A stretch of DNA of 64,000 nt from an uncultured euryarchaeote (GTDB lineage Archaea > Thermoplasmatota > Poseidoniia > Poseidoniales > Poseidoniaceae). The notes below the pieces were generated by a model, which saw only the letters and a program-made list of their open reading frames with translations, was not told the DNA's origin and did no database searches. Below, in pieces: positions 34,866 to 44,251 of this stretch. The DNA is taken from positions 11,581-75,580 of the forward strand of contig CALDNA010000050.1 in assembly GCA_937915175.1 (NCBI GenBank). Reading direction: 5' to 3'. Numbering within the stretch: the stretch's first letter is position 1; each line of letters begins with the position of its first letter. The translations under genes and the position numbers were made by a program.

Positions 34866-35516
34866 ATGAACGGCAAGCGTTGGCTCATTTGTGCCGATGG
34901 CGTGTGGCCTTCAGAGCAAGTTTGGCGGCCGCTCAAAGAACGAGCTGACGTAATCCTAGCATGCGACGGTGCCCTTCATCAATGCATTGAGCGGGGCTTT
35001 GAACCGAATGTTGTGATTGGTGACATGGACAGTGTTGGTGAAGAAGCCATGAAAAAAACGCAGAAAACCATCGAATGGCTGAACGTAGAACACCAAGATT
35101 CCAGTGATCTAGCCAAAGCAATTGATCATGCCAGCCAACACGCCCCGCTGAAAATTGACATCATCGGCGTGGAAGGCGGGGCAATGGGCCATCAACTCGC
35201 CCCTTATTTCGCCCTGATGGAAGCGCCTCCAAACACCACAATTTATTCGGCTGAAGCTCGCATTGTGTGCGTGAAAGATTCAATGATAGAACTCCACTCT
35301 ATAGAAAAAGGTAGCCGCGTTTCCTTGTTTGCTTTTGGTGCTGCCAATGGGGTCACATTGGCGGGGTGCGAATGGGTGCTTGAAAACGAAACGCTCGACA
35401 CGGGCACAAGGGGTCTCAACAACAAATCTCTCGCCTCGAAAATCAGACTCGTCGTTGAACAAGGAGCCGTTCTTTTGTGCGTTGAACCGGATCAAAGCGG
35501 ACCTTTCGGAAGATAA
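34866..35516 (+). CDS. thiamine pyrophosphokinase
   Basis: ILACDGAL...VVIGDMDSV (GDxDS), HQDSSDLAKAI (DQDxTDxxKA-like), IIGVEGGAMGHQLA (GGRxDH-like). Start trimmed to ATG 34866. The 3' end overlaps the convergent gene by 25 nt. Confidence 0.8.
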   Translation: MNGKRWLICADGVWPSEQVWRPLKERADVILACDGALHQCIERGFEPNVVIGDMDSVGEEAMKKTQKTIEWLNVEHQDSSDLAKAIDHASQHAPLKIDIIGVEGGAMGHQLAPYFALMEAPPNTTIYSAEARIVCVKDSMIELHSIEKGSRVSLFAFGAANGVTLAGCEWVLENETLDTGTRGLNNKSLASKIRLVVEQGAVLLCVEPDQSGPFGR

Positions 35517-36355
35517 TCACGAAGCATCTCTGAAAACGATCCTTCGCCATCCCATTTTGAAGCATGTTCGTCAACCCGTGCATGCTCCATGGTCGATTCA
35601 AAGCCGCCCCAATCTTCGATCAATCCAAGGTTGTACGCTGCCTTTGGGGTGTATCCTGGCAAAAAGTTCCGCCAGGTGAACGGAACCCGACCGGGCGTGA
35701 TGAGGTTCACCATGCCAACGATGGAGGTGTTGCATGTGGTTAGGAAGGAGTGATACCATTCCCCTTTTTCAGCAAGGCGATTGACTTTTTGGGTCAACGC
35801 CAACAGCAACGCTTTTTCCTTGCCCGGGGGCGTTATTGCACGGAACATGTAATCCTTATTTCCCCGCCCGTTGGTGCGCAGTCCAAGGACATCCCGTTCA
35901 AAACCGACTAACAAATACAGTTCGAAGTGCCGCCAGAAACCTGGCCAAGGGTGGTACCGTTGCCCCTTTCTGCGCCGTGCCTCAAAAGAGAATGACAAGC
36001 ATGTGCCATCATTGAATTCGAAGGTGAGGAAGGTGTGAGCCATACCGTGCAGGCTGTGAAAGTGATCGACGACGAACCAGACGTCCTTGATCTCATCAGC
36101 GTTCACTTCTACCGTATCAGCCCAGTCTTCATCTCGATCCCGAGTGGTTCGCCAGAAAAAATCACGGATGTTGGAGTAACGAATCACTGACCCTTCTATT
36201 TCTGCAGTGGTTGTTTTTTCACAATCTGAATTCCAATTGGCATCCAGCTGGGGCACGCGAGGACGCACCCGCACCATCCATATCAGAACGCAGAGACCGA
36301 TGACAGTAATTTTGAAAGCCACCACATAGGCGAAGATCATCAACCATTGCGCCAT
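35492..36355 (-). CDS. N-terminally anchored DUF4105-like protein (tentative)
   Basis: TM helix MAQWLMIFAYVVAFKITVIGLCVLIWMV, then HGMAHTFLTFEF...SFSFEARR...FELYLLVGFERD...WYHSFLTTCNTSIV. This resembles my recollection of the DUF4105 core with its ..N-C-T motif. Confidence 0.5.
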   Translation of the reverse strand: MAQWLMIFAYVVAFKITVIGLCVLIWMVRVRPRVPQLDANWNSDCEKTTTAEIEGSVIRYSNIRDFFWRTTRDRDEDWADTVEVNADEIKDVWFVVDHFHSLHGMAHTFLTFEFNDGTCLSFSFEARRRKGQRYHPWPGFWRHFELYLLVGFERDVLGLRTNGRGNKDYMFRAITPPGKEKALLLALTQKVNRLAEKGEWYHSFLTTCNTSIVGMVNLITPGRVPFTWRNFLPGYTPKAAYNLGLIEDWGGFESTMEHARVDEHASKWDGEGSFSEMLRDYLPKGPL

Positions 36356-36361
36356 CTTACC

Positions 36362-37681
36362 TCACCACTTGTGCCAAATACGCAAATCCTGATCCCACCA
36401 ATCCATTGCCCCATCCGGTTGTTGGCGCCAAAGGGTACCACTGTCGTCGGTTGTGGTCGGCATGCCTTGCGGGTCGGGTGAACCATCGGGCAGAATTGTT
36501 GGTGTTGGGCCGAGGGAACGTAGAGCCGGTTGTTCACCCTCTTCCTTGACCCGTACAAGCATGAAAAAGACGATGAAGGCGACGATCAAACCAAGCGCCC
36601 CGATTGAATACCAGCCAACTGATTCCGTATCTGTTTCTTCACCGAATGAACGGCTTGGAAGGGCTGCAGATTCATCGGCTGTGAGGTTGGCACCGGGTGA
36701 CCGAACGAGGTTAAGGCCGTGGATTGTACGGATTTGTTCATTGTTGATCACTTCGAGGCTGATCAGATGGACCCCTGCAGGCAACACTGAGCAGTCATAC
36801 GTCTCGCTGGAAGTGCCAGGTTGTTGCTTGCCTTGAACAGCCCAAATCTTGTCAAACGTGGTGAAGTCGACACCCGCCATATTCGGGACCAAGGTGATCA
36901 GGCACGGTGTGTCAGTTGAGTTGCCTCCGCCGCGAACATCGAGCGAAAAGGCGGGTGCAGGTCGATTGTGAATGGTGATGTTAAGCCAAGATTCAGTCGT
37001 CTGACCAAGGTCGTTACGATAGGCTTCCTTCAGCATGTATTCGCCGGCTGGCCAGCGAGAGCAATTGAGGGCTGTTTGGTTGTCGAGCACGGTGAAGGGA
37101 GCGCCGGTAAACGTTCGAACACCTTCCGCCGCATACCGAGGGCCTGTTTCATCAGCAAACACACGGTCAATCATGCATGCATCGCCTGTTTCAATCCAAG
37201 CAGGTGCATCCAGATCAAGGGTGATTTGAGGGGTTTTCAACGCTGGGCGAAGCACATAAGTCGGCAATTGAACCGTGGTGATTGTTTCACCGTCTTGGTT
37301 GACGATCTCAAGGCGTAATGCATGCTCACCCTGTGCCCATGCATCATACACCAGGCTGGCGTTTGATTGGCCAGAAAAGGACATGCTGCGGCTGTCGTGA
37401 ACTTCACGATCTTTGTGAACACCATACAAACGAAGTTCGATGTTGGTGAAGTCGTTGGTTGTGTTCATGATGACCACAACTCGAATGGCGTCAGGTTCCC
37501 CGTCTTGATTCAAATCCAAAGTATCGTTTCGAAGTGCAATGAGGTTCAATCCTTCCGCTTCAAGCGCGTCATCAACGGCAGAGGGTTCGGCCGAGGCCGT
37601 GAGGCTCAACCCGAGTGGTGCCACCATGCTGCAGGTGAGAATCAACAACATCAGCACGCTTCGCCTCTGAAGTTCAAACAT
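36362..37681 (-). CDS. type-I membrane protein with ~3 Ig-like/beta-sandwich ectodomains and a Trp-rich cytoplasmic tail
   Basis: Signal peptide SVLMLLILTCSMVAPLGLSLTASA, TM helix WYSIGALGLIVAFIVFFMLV, tail ...GTLWRQQPDGAMDWWDQDLRIWHKW. The start overlaps the upstream gene's stop by 8 nt (ATGTTTGA). Confidence 0.7.
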   Translation of the reverse strand: MFELQRRSVLMLLILTCSMVAPLGLSLTASAEPSAVDDALEAEGLNLIALRNDTLDLNQDGEPDAIRVVVIMNTTNDFTNIELRLYGVHKDREVHDSRSMSFSGQSNASLVYDAWAQGEHALRLEIVNQDGETITTVQLPTYVLRPALKTPQITLDLDAPAWIETGDACMIDRVFADETGPRYAAEGVRTFTGAPFTVLDNQTALNCSRWPAGEYMLKEAYRNDLGQTTESWLNITIHNRPAPAFSLDVRGGGNSTDTPCLITLVPNMAGVDFTTFDKIWAVQGKQQPGTSSETYDCSVLPAGVHLISLEVINNEQIRTIHGLNLVRSPGANLTADESAALPSRSFGEETDTESVGWYSIGALGLIVAFIVFFMLVRVKEEGEQPALRSLGPTPTILPDGSPDPQGMPTTTDDSGTLWRQQPDGAMDWWDQDLRIWHKW

Positions 37682-40220
37682 CTTCGTTCACCTCCATGGC
37701 TCCTGCTGGCATCGGCAAAGGAGGAAGGTCCTGCAACGCAATCATTCCGGGAAGCGGAAGCTCTTGGCCCATTTCTTCAAGGGTGCGGGATTGTTTTTCT
37801 TCAAACAAAGCGTCTTCGAGATCTGCATCATCCTTGCCTGAGCGAACAAAGAGCGCTGCTCCTGCCCCTGCGATGAATCCTAAGCCGATAACGAGGTATG
37901 TGAGCCAAGAGGCTTCTGGGCTTTCACCAAGAATGGCAACCGCTGCAGCAAACTCGCCATATTCATCCGACCAGCCATCGTTGTTCGAGTCAACGCACCC
38001 TTGAATGTCACGTTTCGAACTACCAGCCTGCTCTGGACAATCATCCCTGAACGCACCAAGAGGAACGTCACCGAAACCATCACCATCAAGGTCGCGCCAT
38101 TGCAGTGCCTCGGTAGGGAATGCGTCTGCTGTGCCTGCGGGATGGGCCGCCCAAGAAGCGGTTGGGTCTGACCAACCATCGCCATCGGTGTCCCTGCACC
38201 CAAGTCGGTCGAGCATGGAAGTGCCTCGGACTTCAGGGCAAGCATCGCCTTGGTTACCGTCTTCATTGTCGCCGTAGCCGTCGCCATCTGAGTCGCGCCA
38301 TTGAGTCGGTTCGTGGATGAAAGCATCGCCTAGATCCGACCAGCCATCGCCGTCTGTATCAGCACAACCCCAACGGTCTCCACCTGAAGAAGGCCCAACT
38401 GAAGTGCCGGCCTGATCGGGGCACACGTCGGCGGTTGTACCGCGTGGATTGTCGCCGCGGCCATCGCCATCGATGTCATGCCATTGAGTTGGATCCATGG
38501 GCCAAGCATCGCCGCGCCCTCCAGGGCTTGCAAGCCATGCGCTTGTTGGGTCGGACCAGCCGTCTTGATCGCTGTCGGGGCAGCCCCATCGATCAAACGT
38601 GGAGGAACCTTCTGTGGTTTTGCATCCATCGCCGCGATAAGCATCTCGGAAGGTTTGGCCGTCGAAGTACTCCGTGTTGTCCCCATAGCCGTCGTCATCG
38701 GTGTCGTACCACTGGCTCGAGTCTTCGGGGAAGGCGTCAGAAAAGCCTGCTGGATGAGCAATCCAATCGTCTGTTGGGTTTGAAAATCCATCCTTATCGG
38801 TGTCTCGGCAACCCAAGCGGTCGGCGTAGGAAATCCAACTGGATTCAACTTCTTCAGGGGAAGAGAATACGCATACATCGCCCTCGTATCCTTCGAGATT
38901 ATCGCCATAACCGTCGCCGTCGGTGTCCCTGTACTGAGAAGGGACGAATGGGAAATCGTCGACTTGAGAGGCGCCGTAGGTTCGATTGTCACCCCAGCCG
39001 TCTTCATCTGTGTCCAACCACTGTGTAGGGTTATCTGGGAAATCATCGACGAGGTTTGCGCCCTCGGTTTGGTTGTCGCCCCAACCATCAAAGTCGCGGT
39101 CGCGCCATTGTGAATCTTCGAGAGGGAAGGCGTCTGAACCGTTGCTGATGGTCCAATTGACATCACCATCGGAGTATGAATCGCCGTCAGTATCGGTGCA
39201 ACCGTAGCGATCACCGCTTGATGATCCTGTGATGAACGGGCAAGCATCCGGCATGGTTGCGTTGTAGACATGGATGCCAATTCCCCATGCTTCACGGGTT
39301 ACATTCCAGTCGTCGTCTGCCCAATTATCGCCATAACCATCAGCGTCGGTGTCGTTCCACTGGGTGCTGTCAAGCGGGAAAGCATCGCCCATGCCAGTTG
39401 GATGAGCGTACCAGGCCGTTACGCCATCAAGACCACCTGGGTCTTCATCAGAAAATCCATCGCCGTCCGAGTCAAGGCATCCGAATCTGTCCATGGTCGA
39501 GTAACCCCGTCGATACGGGCAATGATCGCCCTGATAGCCGTCAAGATTGTCACCGTAATTGTCGTTATCGCTGTCGAGCCATTGAGTTGGTTCGAGATAG
39601 AATGCGTCCGCACCGTTTTGTGCCAACCAACTGGTGTCTGGGTCGGACCAACCGTCGCCATCCGTATCGATGCAACCCTTTCGGTCGTTCGAGGAAGAGC
39701 CAACGGTGTCGTCGCAGTCGTCATCGATGTCGACAAATCCGTCTTCATCGCTGTCTCGATTGGTTTTGTCAATGGACGGTGTGATGGTGTAATCATAGCC
39801 ATCGTTGCACCACGAATCGTCAGCCTGGATTTTGACATAGACATAACTCTGAGTGGAAACGGTGGTCGACAGCGTCTTCGATGCGGCGTTGTCATCCACG
39901 TAGGCATCGACGATGGTTCCGCCCTGAGGGTTGAGCAAAGAAATACGCCCCATCCAGCCGTCGCCCGGGCACCACCAAGCCGGCCCGTTCATGGTGCCGG
40001 AAAATGAGATTTGCACGATGTCGCCTTTCTTCGCCTCGACCTTCCAATAGTCGGCCTGATCGTTGCCAGCATCGCAATCCGGATCGCAGACATAACCGCT
40101 GGACGTCACTCCATCCGTGAGGGGTGTTGCGCTTTGAATATCGTTGTCCGCTTGGACCGGTGGCAAGGTGCACAGCAACAGCGCGGCGAGCCAGAGGGCA
40201 AGCACACGCTTCGCGAGCAT
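37674..40220 (-). CDS. type-I surface protein: PPC-like N-domain plus ~18 thrombospondin-type-3-like Ca-binding repeats, TM helix, acidic tail
   Basis: Signal peptide MLAKRVLALWLAALLLCTLPPVQA. N-domain DQADYWKVEAKKGDIVQISF is PPC-like (tentative). Alternating units follow: GC.DTDGDGWSDP...DAFP.E.TQW.D.DGDGYGDN. TM helix LTYLVIGLGFIAGAGAALFV. Confidence 0.85.
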   Translation of the reverse strand: MLAKRVLALWLAALLLCTLPPVQADNDIQSATPLTDGVTSSGYVCDPDCDAGNDQADYWKVEAKKGDIVQISFSGTMNGPAWWCPGDGWMGRISLLNPQGGTIVDAYVDDNAASKTLSTTVSTQSYVYVKIQADDSWCNDGYDYTITPSIDKTNRDSDEDGFVDIDDDCDDTVGSSSNDRKGCIDTDGDGWSDPDTSWLAQNGADAFYLEPTQWLDSDNDNYGDNLDGYQGDHCPYRRGYSTMDRFGCLDSDGDGFSDEDPGGLDGVTAWYAHPTGMGDAFPLDSTQWNDTDADGYGDNWADDDWNVTREAWGIGIHVYNATMPDACPFITGSSSGDRYGCTDTDGDSYSDGDVNWTISNGSDAFPLEDSQWRDRDFDGWGDNQTEGANLVDDFPDNPTQWLDTDEDGWGDNRTYGASQVDDFPFVPSQYRDTDGDGYGDNLEGYEGDVCVFSSPEEVESSWISYADRLGCRDTDKDGFSNPTDDWIAHPAGFSDAFPEDSSQWYDTDDDGYGDNTEYFDGQTFRDAYRGDGCKTTEGSSTFDRWGCPDSDQDGWSDPTSAWLASPGGRGDAWPMDPTQWHDIDGDGRGDNPRGTTADVCPDQAGTSVGPSSGGDRWGCADTDGDGWSDLGDAFIHEPTQWRDSDGDGYGDNEDGNQGDACPEVRGTSMLDRLGCRDTDGDGWSDPTASWAAHPAGTADAFPTEALQWRDLDGDGFGDVPLGAFRDDCPEQAGSSKRDIQGCVDSNNDGWSDEYGEFAAAVAILGESPEASWLTYLVIGLGFIAGAGAALFVRSGKDDADLEDALFEEKQSRTLEEMGQELPLPGMIALQDLPPLPMPAGAMEVNEDV

Positions 40221-40298
40221 GGTTGCCCAAGTGGTGATGTGCTAATGAACACTACCCGTCGGAAAGAACACCCTACGGGTGACTTGAGAATCCTCTTC

Positions 40299-42086
40299 TC
40301 AAGACTGATATCGCGCTGCGAGAATCAACTCGTCTGCGGAAAAGAACGGCATGCTCAACCCGCTTTCGGAGCTGCTGTTGACCACGCTGTGAGCTGTGGC
40401 GATGTCGCCACGAACGAACTTGATGTACCGTTGTTCTTCATTTTCTTCGAACGGGTGAAGCCCGACGTTTTCTTGATAGGCAATACCAATCCAAGAACCA
40501 TCTGGCGATGTGACGGTCTCAAAGAAATCATGCAAAGCGTGCGTATCGCCGCTGCTTTCTTCGTAATCAGTAACGGTGTGAAGGGGGGTCGGATCAACGA
40601 TTTTGAAATCCCAAACATCCCCTTCCATTGGGTGGTGAAGGGCGCCTGCATACAGGTACCAATCCTTGCCAGCAACATAGCCATCTTCAGAGTTATTTTG
40701 ATCATAATCTAAACCATAAAACGCTAGGCTGACCACCTGATCTTCAGAGATTGAAACAAAGGGATACATCTGAATTCCACGATCGAACGCCGTTGCATTC
40801 CAACTTGACCAAGCGCTGCCGTTGTCGTATGAAACTGCAACCCTCAACTCCCAAGCGCCTGTGTTTCCATTTGGACAATCCGCCCAAGCCACGACGACCA
40901 TGCCACCTTCGTTGTTGTTGACAACGGGGTAACCCTCTGGACAATTGCCTTCTCGTGGTCCAACTTCAACGGGGCTTTGCCAAGTGCCTTCGCCAGGCCC
41001 CGGGCCTGTTCCTCGACCGTAGTCCGCACTGACGCGCACTTGCACGTGCCCGCTTGCTGAGTCTGCATCTTCTTGAGCCACGAACACATACGGGCCGTCG
41101 TTTTGAGCGGAGATGGTTGACCAACCTCCGGGCATAGCGTAGCATTGTGAATAGGGGGCTCTTCCGGTTTCGGAATGATAGTACCAGTATCGCCCTGAAT
41201 CACCAGTGCATTCAGGAGGACTTGCTCCCGAATTGCCGAGGTAGTGAATGATGCCATCGCCTTGTGCTGCAACCCACGGCCTGTCATCCGCAGCCATGGT
41301 TTGCATGCGTTCGCAAACGGTTGGTGAAATGTAGGTGTTCCCACCGTCTTCAAACATGTGCCACCAGTTGTCTTCCAATGTGGTATCAAGGAAGTAAACG
41401 ACGTCGTTGCCATCGACGGCAATATCGCCTTCGTCTCCGAGGCATTCGGAACCGGAACCAGCAACGGATCCAAGAATGGAATTGGTCATTGGGCCAGGGG
41501 TTGGTTCGAAGTTATCGCCATGGCCCCATGTTTCGCCACCATCGTTAGAAATCCAGAACCATGAGGCCCAATAATCCCAAGATGTCATTTCTCCATCTTC
41601 GCATGCGTACCACTGATCTAGATCTCCGCCGATGACGGGAGCGAACGGGTTGCCTTCTCCTCCCCAACGCAAATCCTTGTGAGCGGTCACGAAGAGGTTG
41701 CCTTGCTTGTCGATTGAAAGGCTTGGCTCATAGCCAATGCCATAGCCTTCATAGCCTGCATCCTGCCCGTTATCAGGGTCGATGCATTCGTCGTGACGAG
41801 GCATGTATTCTGGTTCGCCCCAAGAGAAATAGACCTGATCGCCGACTAAATTTTCTTGTGCTTCGGCTGGATTCAGACCGTTGGCGATTGATGTGCCCCA
41901 AAGGGCTGAAAGAAGCAAGGCGATGAGGGCAACTGCAATGGTGGCGCCAATCGCCATGTTGAGTTCCTTAGCCGCACTCGAACCCGCTGACGGAGCCTCT
42001 GTTTGAGGGGATTGAACAAGAATCGCATCCTCTGCCATGAAGGTCGGTACCTTCGCTTCTCTTTGGAGGTTCCCACTCAGCGTCAA
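40299..42086 (-). CDS. N-terminally anchored extracellular BNR/Asp-box (sialidase-like) beta-propeller protein
   Basis: TM helix MAIGATIAVALIALLLSALWG. Asp-box motifs SNDGGETWG, SYDNGSAWS and SADYGRG. Rich in W/Y/G. The start may be M1, M17 or M44. Confidence 0.8.
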   Translation of the reverse strand: MTLSGNLQREAKVPTFMAEDAILVQSPQTEAPSAGSSAAKELNMAIGATIAVALIALLLSALWGTSIANGLNPAEAQENLVGDQVYFSWGEPEYMPRHDECIDPDNGQDAGYEGYGIGYEPSLSIDKQGNLFVTAHKDLRWGGEGNPFAPVIGGDLDQWYACEDGEMTSWDYWASWFWISNDGGETWGHGDNFEPTPGPMTNSILGSVAGSGSECLGDEGDIAVDGNDVVYFLDTTLEDNWWHMFEDGGNTYISPTVCERMQTMAADDRPWVAAQGDGIIHYLGNSGASPPECTGDSGRYWYYHSETGRAPYSQCYAMPGGWSTISAQNDGPYVFVAQEDADSASGHVQVRVSADYGRGTGPGPGEGTWQSPVEVGPREGNCPEGYPVVNNNEGGMVVVAWADCPNGNTGAWELRVAVSYDNGSAWSSWNATAFDRGIQMYPFVSISEDQVVSLAFYGLDYDQNNSEDGYVAGKDWYLYAGALHHPMEGDVWDFKIVDPTPLHTVTDYEESSGDTHALHDFFETVTSPDGSWIGIAYQENVGLHPFEENEEQRYIKFVRGDIATAHSVVNSSSESGLSMPFFSADELILAARYQS

Positions 42087-42094
42087 TGAAGGGC

Positions 42095-43360
42095 TTATTG
42101 TGCAACCAAAGAAGCGTAAATTGCCTCATATGCTTCTGCGTTGTGTTCGTAGGTGTACATCGAGAGGACACGCTCCCTGCCGCGTTCAGCCTGTTCAACA
42201 CGCCCGTCAGGATCGTTAAGCGACCGGCAAACGGCCTTCGCCAAGTCGCTTGAGTCGCCGGTTGTAAACAGTTCACCAACGGTTTTGTCAATCATTTCTG
42301 TGAGCGGGGCTTGGTTCACCGTAACAACGGGTGTACCGCTGGCTAAGGCTTCCAAAGGAATGAGCCCTTGACCCTCATAATAGGAAGGGTAGACCACCAA
42401 ATCCGCTGAACGGAAATGCTGTGCTAATTCTTCAAAGGGCATGCCTGGTTGGATAAACACCGCATGACCAACGCCCAATTGCTTTGCTTGCTTCAACAAG
42501 GTCTTCGCCATGTGGCCGCGTCCAACGATGCACAGCCTTGTGCCTGGATGCTGTTCAAGAATTTCCGGCATTGCCCGCAACAAAGTTCGGTGACCTTTTC
42601 GAGCCACAAGCCTGCCGACGGCCAACAGGAGAGGCGTGGATTTGGATGGTCGGCCACACAGGGCATCTTCATCAGCAGCGTCGTACTTTTTCCTCAACGC
42701 TTCATGAGCCAATTGTTCATCTTCATCGTCGGTGTTGCTTGGTCGGAACACAAGGTGATCAACACCGTACAAAATTGTCTCACATCGCCAATCTTCGGGA
42801 GGAGCGTACCAACGCTTGAACTCCTCTTTTGTTGATTCACTGATCGCTACACTGACCGAAGAGCCGTCGATCCCGGCCTGCTCGTAACGAGCGTACCAGC
42901 CACCTGTCGTCAGAATGGCCAAATCGTTCGGATTCTTCCATGTCGCAGATTCGCGATGCTTGGCTGCCAGCTTCATGCCTTCTCGCTCGCCGATCCAACT
43001 GCCATTGAGGGCAGAGACAACTGGAGCGATGTTGGCTTCAATCCATTCGAATTCCTTTCGCTTCCAACTCACGAGGGGCAACAAGGTGTGAACCACGTCA
43101 ATAGGGGCGCTGAGATGCAGTTGTTTCAAGGCGCGCAAAGCATGTTTCCCGTATGAACGAGTGAAGGCCATTGGCGCTTTCAACCAGGGAACTTCAATCA
43201 CAGTCACACCTTGTTGGGCAGGTGCACGGCCCTTGTGGGCACGGGTGATGATGGTGATGCTGTGGCCGCGCGCTGCCAAATGACCAGCCAAATGGAACAC
43301 AACGGAACCGATTCCCCCCCACCGTGGAGGGTATTCACCGGACACCATTGCGATGTGCAT
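42095..43360 (-). CDS. glycosyltransferase family 4 (GT-B, group 1)
   Basis: MHIAMVSGEYPPRWGGIGSVVFHLAGHLAARGHSITIITR, and C-terminal VVYPSYYEGQGLIPLEALASGTPVV (EX7E region). Start trimmed from 43585 to the ATG preceding the conserved N-terminus. Confidence 0.85.
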   Translation of the reverse strand: MHIAMVSGEYPPRWGGIGSVVFHLAGHLAARGHSITIITRAHKGRAPAQQGVTVIEVPWLKAPMAFTRSYGKHALRALKQLHLSAPIDVVHTLLPLVSWKRKEFEWIEANIAPVVSALNGSWIGEREGMKLAAKHRESATWKNPNDLAILTTGGWYARYEQAGIDGSSVSVAISESTKEEFKRWYAPPEDWRCETILYGVDHLVFRPSNTDDEDEQLAHEALRKKYDAADEDALCGRPSKSTPLLLAVGRLVARKGHRTLLRAMPEILEQHPGTRLCIVGRGHMAKTLLKQAKQLGVGHAVFIQPGMPFEELAQHFRSADLVVYPSYYEGQGLIPLEALASGTPVVTVNQAPLTEMIDKTVGELFTTGDSSDLAKAVCRSLNDPDGRVEQAERGRERVLSMYTYEHNAEAYEAIYASLVAQ

Positions 43361-43466
43361 GGAGGTGCGAATGTGTGCTTCGGTTTCAATGTCACCGAAT
43401 GAAGACCCCTCAGATTCAAATTCTCGCTCCAATGCTTTCAAGGGGGTTGCGTTTGTGGCAAGGTAC

Positions 43467-44240
43467 ATGGGCGAAAAACTCCCTGTCACCGTTACGGTGA
43501 TACTTCCAACTCGAAACGAAGAGGAAGCCTTGGCACCAACGATTGATGCAATCCCGCGTGGATGGTGTAAAAACCTCGAAATCATGATTGTGGACGGAAA
43601 CTCAAGCGACCGAACTCGAGAGATTGCTTTGGAGAAGAAAATCCGAGTTCACCTTGAGGACCGAAAAGGATACGGCCGAGCCTACCGAACTGGATTTGAT
43701 GTGGCTAAGAACGACATCATTGTCACCATGGACGCGGACTGCACCTACCCTGCAGAACTCGTTCCAACGCTGGTCAAGCGCCTGCTTGATGACGATCTTG
43801 ATTTCATCACCTGTGACCGTCTATCGCTTGCTGAAGAAGGCTCAATGCCAGGTATTCACGGGTTTGGAAACTGGGCGCTGTCCTTCACCGCACGCATTCT
43901 GTTTGGCTATGGCATCAAAGATTCTCAGTCCGGCATGTGGGTGTTTAGAAAATCCATCTTTGACAACGAAGCAATGAGGCCGACCAACGATGGTATGCCG
44001 CTTTCAGAAGAAATGAAGATCCTTGCTCGTCGCGTGCTTGGGAAGAACAAGGCCGTCGAAATCTCTGTGCCGTACAGGCCACGGGTTGGCGAGGCTGAAA
44101 TTCACACATGGGGCGACGGTTGGAAGAACTTCAAATTCCTCTTCGCTCGCCGAGTAGGCCTTCACCGAACTCGAACCCCGTGGGGCAGCAGGGATTCAAA
44201 CCCCGATTCAACAAACGGCGACTTACCCGAGCAAGCTTGA
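43467..44240 (+). CDS. glycosyltransferase family 2 (dolichyl-phosphate sugar synthase-like, AglD/AglJ-like)
   Basis: VTVILPTRNEEEALAPTIDAI, IVDGNSSDRT, VTMDADCTYP (DxD). Divergent from the GT4 gene. Start trimmed from 43353. Confidence 0.85.
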   Translation: MGEKLPVTVTVILPTRNEEEALAPTIDAIPRGWCKNLEIMIVDGNSSDRTREIALEKKIRVHLEDRKGYGRAYRTGFDVAKNDIIVTMDADCTYPAELVPTLVKRLLDDDLDFITCDRLSLAEEGSMPGIHGFGNWALSFTARILFGYGIKDSQSGMWVFRKSIFDNEAMRPTNDGMPLSEEMKILARRVLGKNKAVEISVPYRPRVGEAEIHTWGDGWKNFKFLFARRVGLHRTRTPWGSRDSNPDSTNGDLPEQA

Positions 44241-44251
44241 GTTGAGCGAGC

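Noticed and set aside
38330-40007. Several 150-320-aa ORFs in other frames or on the other strand inside the TSP3 gene (38330-39295 minus, 38435-39028 plus, 39270-40007 plus, 39419-39907 minus)
   Set aside because: The GAY-GGN-rich repeat DNA stays open in multiple frames. Only the 37674-40220 frame gives a signal peptide, coherent DxDxDG repeats and a TM helix.
40844-41473. 209-aa minus-strand ORF overlapping the BNR propeller gene in another frame
   Set aside because: It has no motifs and is fully nested in the gene that carries the Asp-box motifs.
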